38,735 nt of DNA, taken from the NCBI GenBank assembly GCA_043805995.1, contig JAZDHJ010000064.1, positions 1 to 38,735 of the forward strand. Direction: 5' to 3'. The notes under the pieces were generated by a model. The model worked only from the letters and a program-made list of their open reading frames with translations, had not been told where the DNA came from and did not search any database. The first letter of the stretch is position 1. Every line of letters starts with the position of its first letter. This stretch comes from Candidatus Uhrbacteria bacterium. Lineage in GTDB: Bacteria > Patescibacteriota > Patescibacteriia > UBA9934 > GWF2-40-263. Both the position numbers and the translations under genes were made by a program. Shown piece by piece: positions 36,056-38,735 of this stretch.

Positions 36056-36135
36056 AGTTTAGCGAAGTATTGAGAATTAGACAAGTACCGGCAATTACCC
36101 TGGCTCTTGCCAAATCAGGTCTTTTCTTTTAAAAT
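36056..36135. promoter_or_regulatory. Back-to-back promoters for the two tRNA-Ser genes
   Basis: Minus: TTGTCT(36084-36079)-17-TAAACT(36061-36056). Plus: TTGCCA(36107-36112)-17-TAAAAT(36130-36135). Confidence 0.7.
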
Positions 36136-36173
36136 AACTCTGTTTTAAACCAATTACATTGATTGAAAAACAC

Positions 36174-36263
36174 GGAGAGGTGTCTGAGTGGCTTAAGGAG
36201 ACAGTCTTGAAAACTGTTGTACCTGCAAGGGTACCGTGAGTTCGAATCTCACCCTCTCCGCCA
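36174..36263 (+). tRNA. tRNA-Ser (TGA)
   Basis: GGAGAGG/CCTCTCC stem plus GCCA, anticodon arm ACAGT-CTTGAAA-ACTGT, variable arm GTACC-TGCAAG-GGTAC, GTTCGAATC. Confidence 0.97.
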
Positions 36264-36338
36264 GGATTATTCTTTATCGGAGCCGACTCACAGGCCTGAG
36301 GCCGGACGAGGCGACGCGTAGGGGCTAGTCCCGATTAC

Positions 36339-36365
36339 AAAACGACTCTTTTGCAGAGTCGTTTT
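36339..36365 (+). terminator. Terminator after tRNA-Ser(TGA)
   Basis: aaaacgactct-tttgc-agagtcgtttt. Confidence 0.75.
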
Positions 36366-36391
36366 ATCTATGGAAGTAAGATAAATATATT

Positions 36392-36976
36392 ATGGAAGAT
36401 CAAAAAAATAAATCAACCAGTGTCTTTTTGGATTTAGAAGTTCCTGGTGAAGCAGAATTAAATGATGAAATTACCGGCCTGAACGCACTTGGAATTTTTC
36501 TCGGACAAAAAGAAGATATTGGTAAACGAGTTAAAGAAATTAAATCTTCCGGAATTTTTTATCCTTCCAGAAGTGTTACGTTGTTTCAGCAAGCAAAAAA
36601 ACTTTATGTCCTTGGTTTATACGAATCGTCAATTATGGTTTGTAGATCGACTGTTGAATATATTGCAAATGAACTTTTCGAAGAGGAAATGTCGGGATTT
36701 AAAGATGAAAAACTCTCTGGATTTATTGTAGATAGTATTGATTTTAGAAAATTGGTAAATGATTTTTTGTTTCCAAAAATTATCGATAAAAATAGCAGAA
36801 AAAAATTTAATGATATTTATGATCTAGGAAATAGGTACATCCATCCAAAAAAAATACAAATAAACGCCCATGACGATGCAAAAAACGTTATTACGCTTTT
36901 ATGCGATCTTATTTTATCTCTGAGAAACCTGCTTGATAAATACGAAATAGTAGATGGAATTTTGAAAAAGAAATAA
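36392..36976 (+). CDS. DUF4145/HEPN-like domain protein
   Basis: 194 aa, AT-rich; F.QAK..Y..G.Y.SSI.VCRS.VE helix and GNRYIHP motif typical of DUF4145/HEPN folds. Confidence 0.65.
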   Translation: MEDQKNKSTSVFLDLEVPGEAELNDEITGLNALGIFLGQKEDIGKRVKEIKSSGIFYPSRSVTLFQQAKKLYVLGLYESSIMVCRSTVEYIANELFEEEMSGFKDEKLSGFIVDSIDFRKLVNDFLFPKIIDKNSRKKFNDIYDLGNRYIHPKKIQINAHDDAKNVITLLCDLILSLRNLLDKYEIVDGILKKK

Positions 36977-36998
36977 CTGTTTGAATATCTAAAAAATT

Positions 36999-38375
36999 TT
37001 AACTTTTCTCTACAACTGAATCCAGAAGTGATATCGTCTTTTCCTTATAAACCAACCTACTCCTAAAATTTCCAAGCAATTCTCGTTTCTCCGTCACACT
37101 CCCCTCACGAAGCAAATACTTTGCATAAGCCCGAATGTCCATATCCTCTGTCACACCATTCGGTACAGATGATCCACCTCGGAATAATTTTTCAAATCGG
37201 CTAAACCGTTTTATTTCTTCGTTTAGTTTTTCCTTCATTCCAAATTCGTTGATGTCGATTCGGTCGATGATTTTTAGTAGTTCGGTAATTAGTTCTTCTT
37301 CTCTGATGTAAGGGTTCTTGCAATTGCGATCTCTAGCTCGAGTACAGCCATAGTATACATACCGAGTATGGCCACCATCTTTTCTTTGTTTGTATTTCTC
37401 CTCGGCTGTCACGCCCGATCCACACAATCCGCAGGTGAACAATTTGGTGAAGGCAAATTCCTTATTCTCTCGCACAATCTGATCACGTCTTAATTGATTT
37501 TGGGCTTGTTCGTATAATTCTTTGGTGACAATCGCTTCATGTTTTCCGGTGTACCAGTTACCGCTGTCTCTCGGGTACTCATACATTCCATAATAGAAGG
37601 GATTTTCGAATATCCGATAAACCGAGCCGAGGGCTAAGGTTTTATTGCCCCGAGTTTTAAAATTTAGATCGTGTTTTAACCAGTTGTACAGTTTTCTTCC
37701 ACTCCATTTTTCATAAGCCACTTTTTCAAACATTTGTTTTATAATCGGTGCGCGAATTGGGTCGATTATTTTTTGGCATTTTTTATCCATCCTTCCTTGG
37801 TCAAGATAACCGAGTGGGGCAACACCTGGCCATAACCCCATCTCCACTCTTGTCCGGAGGCCTCGTTTTACATTCTCGCCTCGGTGGTCGTTTTCAAGTT
37901 TGGCTGTCGAACCAAGAATCATGAGGAGGAATTTTTCGTTCGGGTTATTGGTGAAGGTTTGGCCGTGCGTTCTGATCTCTCGAAGGATTCCTTGATCCAT
38001 CAGGTCGACTATTGCCCCGAGGTCACCAGCGTTCCTTGATAATCGATCCGGTGCCCAAGTCAGAATACCAGTGAATTTTCCTCGACGAATATCGGCCAGA
38101 AGTTCGTTATACACCGGCCGTTCGCCGGTCGACTTTGCTGAGTGGCTTTCTCGTCGCATTTCGACCACATCCAGCCCTTCTCGTTCGGCCAGTTGAAGCA
38201 TTTCTTTAATCTGTGAATCAATGGACAAGACTTGCCGTTCCTCTGACTCGGTCGATTTTCGGGCGTAAAGGCAGTATTTTACTTTTTTAAAAACCTCTTC
38301 TGGCTTGTTCTTTTCGTATTTTGTTTGGACATGGTCGGTTTGGGCGGAAGTCGCTATTTGCGTGTTGTTTATCAT
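36999..38375 (-). CDS. Large serine recombinase (resolvase, recombinase and zinc-ribbon domains)
   Basis: YCLYARKST catalytic Ser, DRLSRN, APLGY, NPFYYG, G.HEAIV..E.YEQAQ, CGLCG...YYGC....C. Start taken at MINNTQ 38375 (ORF track gives 38396). Confidence 0.92.
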   Translation of the reverse strand: MINNTQIATSAQTDHVQTKYEKNKPEEVFKKVKYCLYARKSTESEERQVLSIDSQIKEMLQLAEREGLDVVEMRRESHSAKSTGERPVYNELLADIRRGKFTGILTWAPDRLSRNAGDLGAIVDLMDQGILREIRTHGQTFTNNPNEKFLLMILGSTAKLENDHRGENVKRGLRTRVEMGLWPGVAPLGYLDQGRMDKKCQKIIDPIRAPIIKQMFEKVAYEKWSGRKLYNWLKHDLNFKTRGNKTLALGSVYRIFENPFYYGMYEYPRDSGNWYTGKHEAIVTKELYEQAQNQLRRDQIVRENKEFAFTKLFTCGLCGSGVTAEEKYKQRKDGGHTRYVYYGCTRARDRNCKNPYIREEELITELLKIIDRIDINEFGMKEKLNEEIKRFSRFEKLFRGGSSVPNGVTEDMDIRAYAKYLLREGSVTEKRELLGNFRSRLVYKEKTISLLDSVVEKS

Positions 38376-38499
38376 ACAACCACATTGATGACGCAACCCA
38401 TGTGAGGCGTCTAGTCTGCCTGACTGTAGGTAACTTTTTGAGTGAAAGAGGCCTTAAAATATTGCTTTTTTGTCTATTTTCTGAAATAATCGTCGTAAT

Positions 38500-38735
38500 A
38501 TGAAAAACTATTATCGCATCATGTTGGGCAAAAAGAGTGTTTATGCCGAGGAAGCCCACAAAGGAAATTTCATTGGTACGGAGTGTCTTGGAGATATTGA
38601 TTTGTCCAATAGGATTCCTGAAAGTTGGCGAGAATTTAACGAAAAGTTTATTCCTATCTTTTTGGAAAAGAACCCAGAGAAAACAAAAATTTCTGCCGGT
38701 CTGGCCTGCGGTATGCTTCACACCATCACCAAAGG
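38500..38735 (+). CDS. N-terminus of a probable NucS/DUF91 (Mrr-like) endonuclease-domain protein; runs off the right edge
   Basis: Not in the ORF track. MKNYYRIMLGKKSVYAEEAHKGNFIG...DL...PE.WREFNEKFIPIFLE.NPEKTKISAGLACGML; I recognise this N-terminal pattern from NucS-domain/restriction proteins, but the nuclease domain is outside the window. TTGCTT-17-AATAAT upstream. Confidence 0.65.
   Translation, partial: MKNYYRIMLGKKSVYAEEAHKGNFIGTECLGDIDLSNRIPESWREFNEKFIPIFLEKNPEKTKISAGLACGMLHTITK

Larger units (their letters stand above)
36264..38735. mobile_element. Left part of a putative tRNA-Ser-anchored genomic/defence island
   Basis: tRNA 3' end followed by an AT-rich HEPN-like gene, a serine recombinase and a nuclease-like gene; att sites not identified. 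Confidence 0.5.

Noticed and set aside
38287-38721. 144-aa minus-strand ORF
   Set aside because: Antisense to the recognisable plus-strand gene starting at 38500 and overlaps the recombinase start.

Overview
Chromosomal window from a small-genome bacterium using genetic code 11. The gene repertoire (baseplate-J-like membrane protein, pilin-peptidase fusion, CPR-type serine recombinase, many near-leaderless genes) suggests Patescibacteria/CPR (Parcubacteria-like); this is inference, not a database result. Housekeeping genes are dnaE, pheS/pheT, rseP, lemA-htpX, clpC, a DsbA-family gene, radA, recG and two divergent tRNA-Ser genes. Surface or membrane proteins are interspersed, and a probable tRNA-anchored defence island (DUF4145/HEPN-like gene, large serine recombinase, NucS/Mrr-like nuclease start) begins at the right end. 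The most striking unexplained element is a GC-rich locus with no credible ORF between convergent radA and recG. It has a near-consensus sigma70 promoter on the minus strand, and the 0.87-1.05 kb downstream folds almost end to end (long-range helices extended by G-U pairs on the minus strand, UUCG/GNRA loops, an H-type pseudoknot). It is a candidate large structured ncRNA that I cannot assign to a known class, and it is bracketed by two copies of a REP-pair unit. Other observations: several families of palindromic and short tandem repeats that have also entered radA, rseP and dnaE in frame; a shared KTKTST...VALL.VAG...AAA leader on two unrelated exported proteins, one built from elastin-like xAPGY repeats; a membrane-anchored single-domain Clp ATPase; a cargo gene flanked by a duplicated terminator; and a frameshifted beta-propeller gene. 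All protein family calls are from recognised motifs and all RNA folds are by eye.
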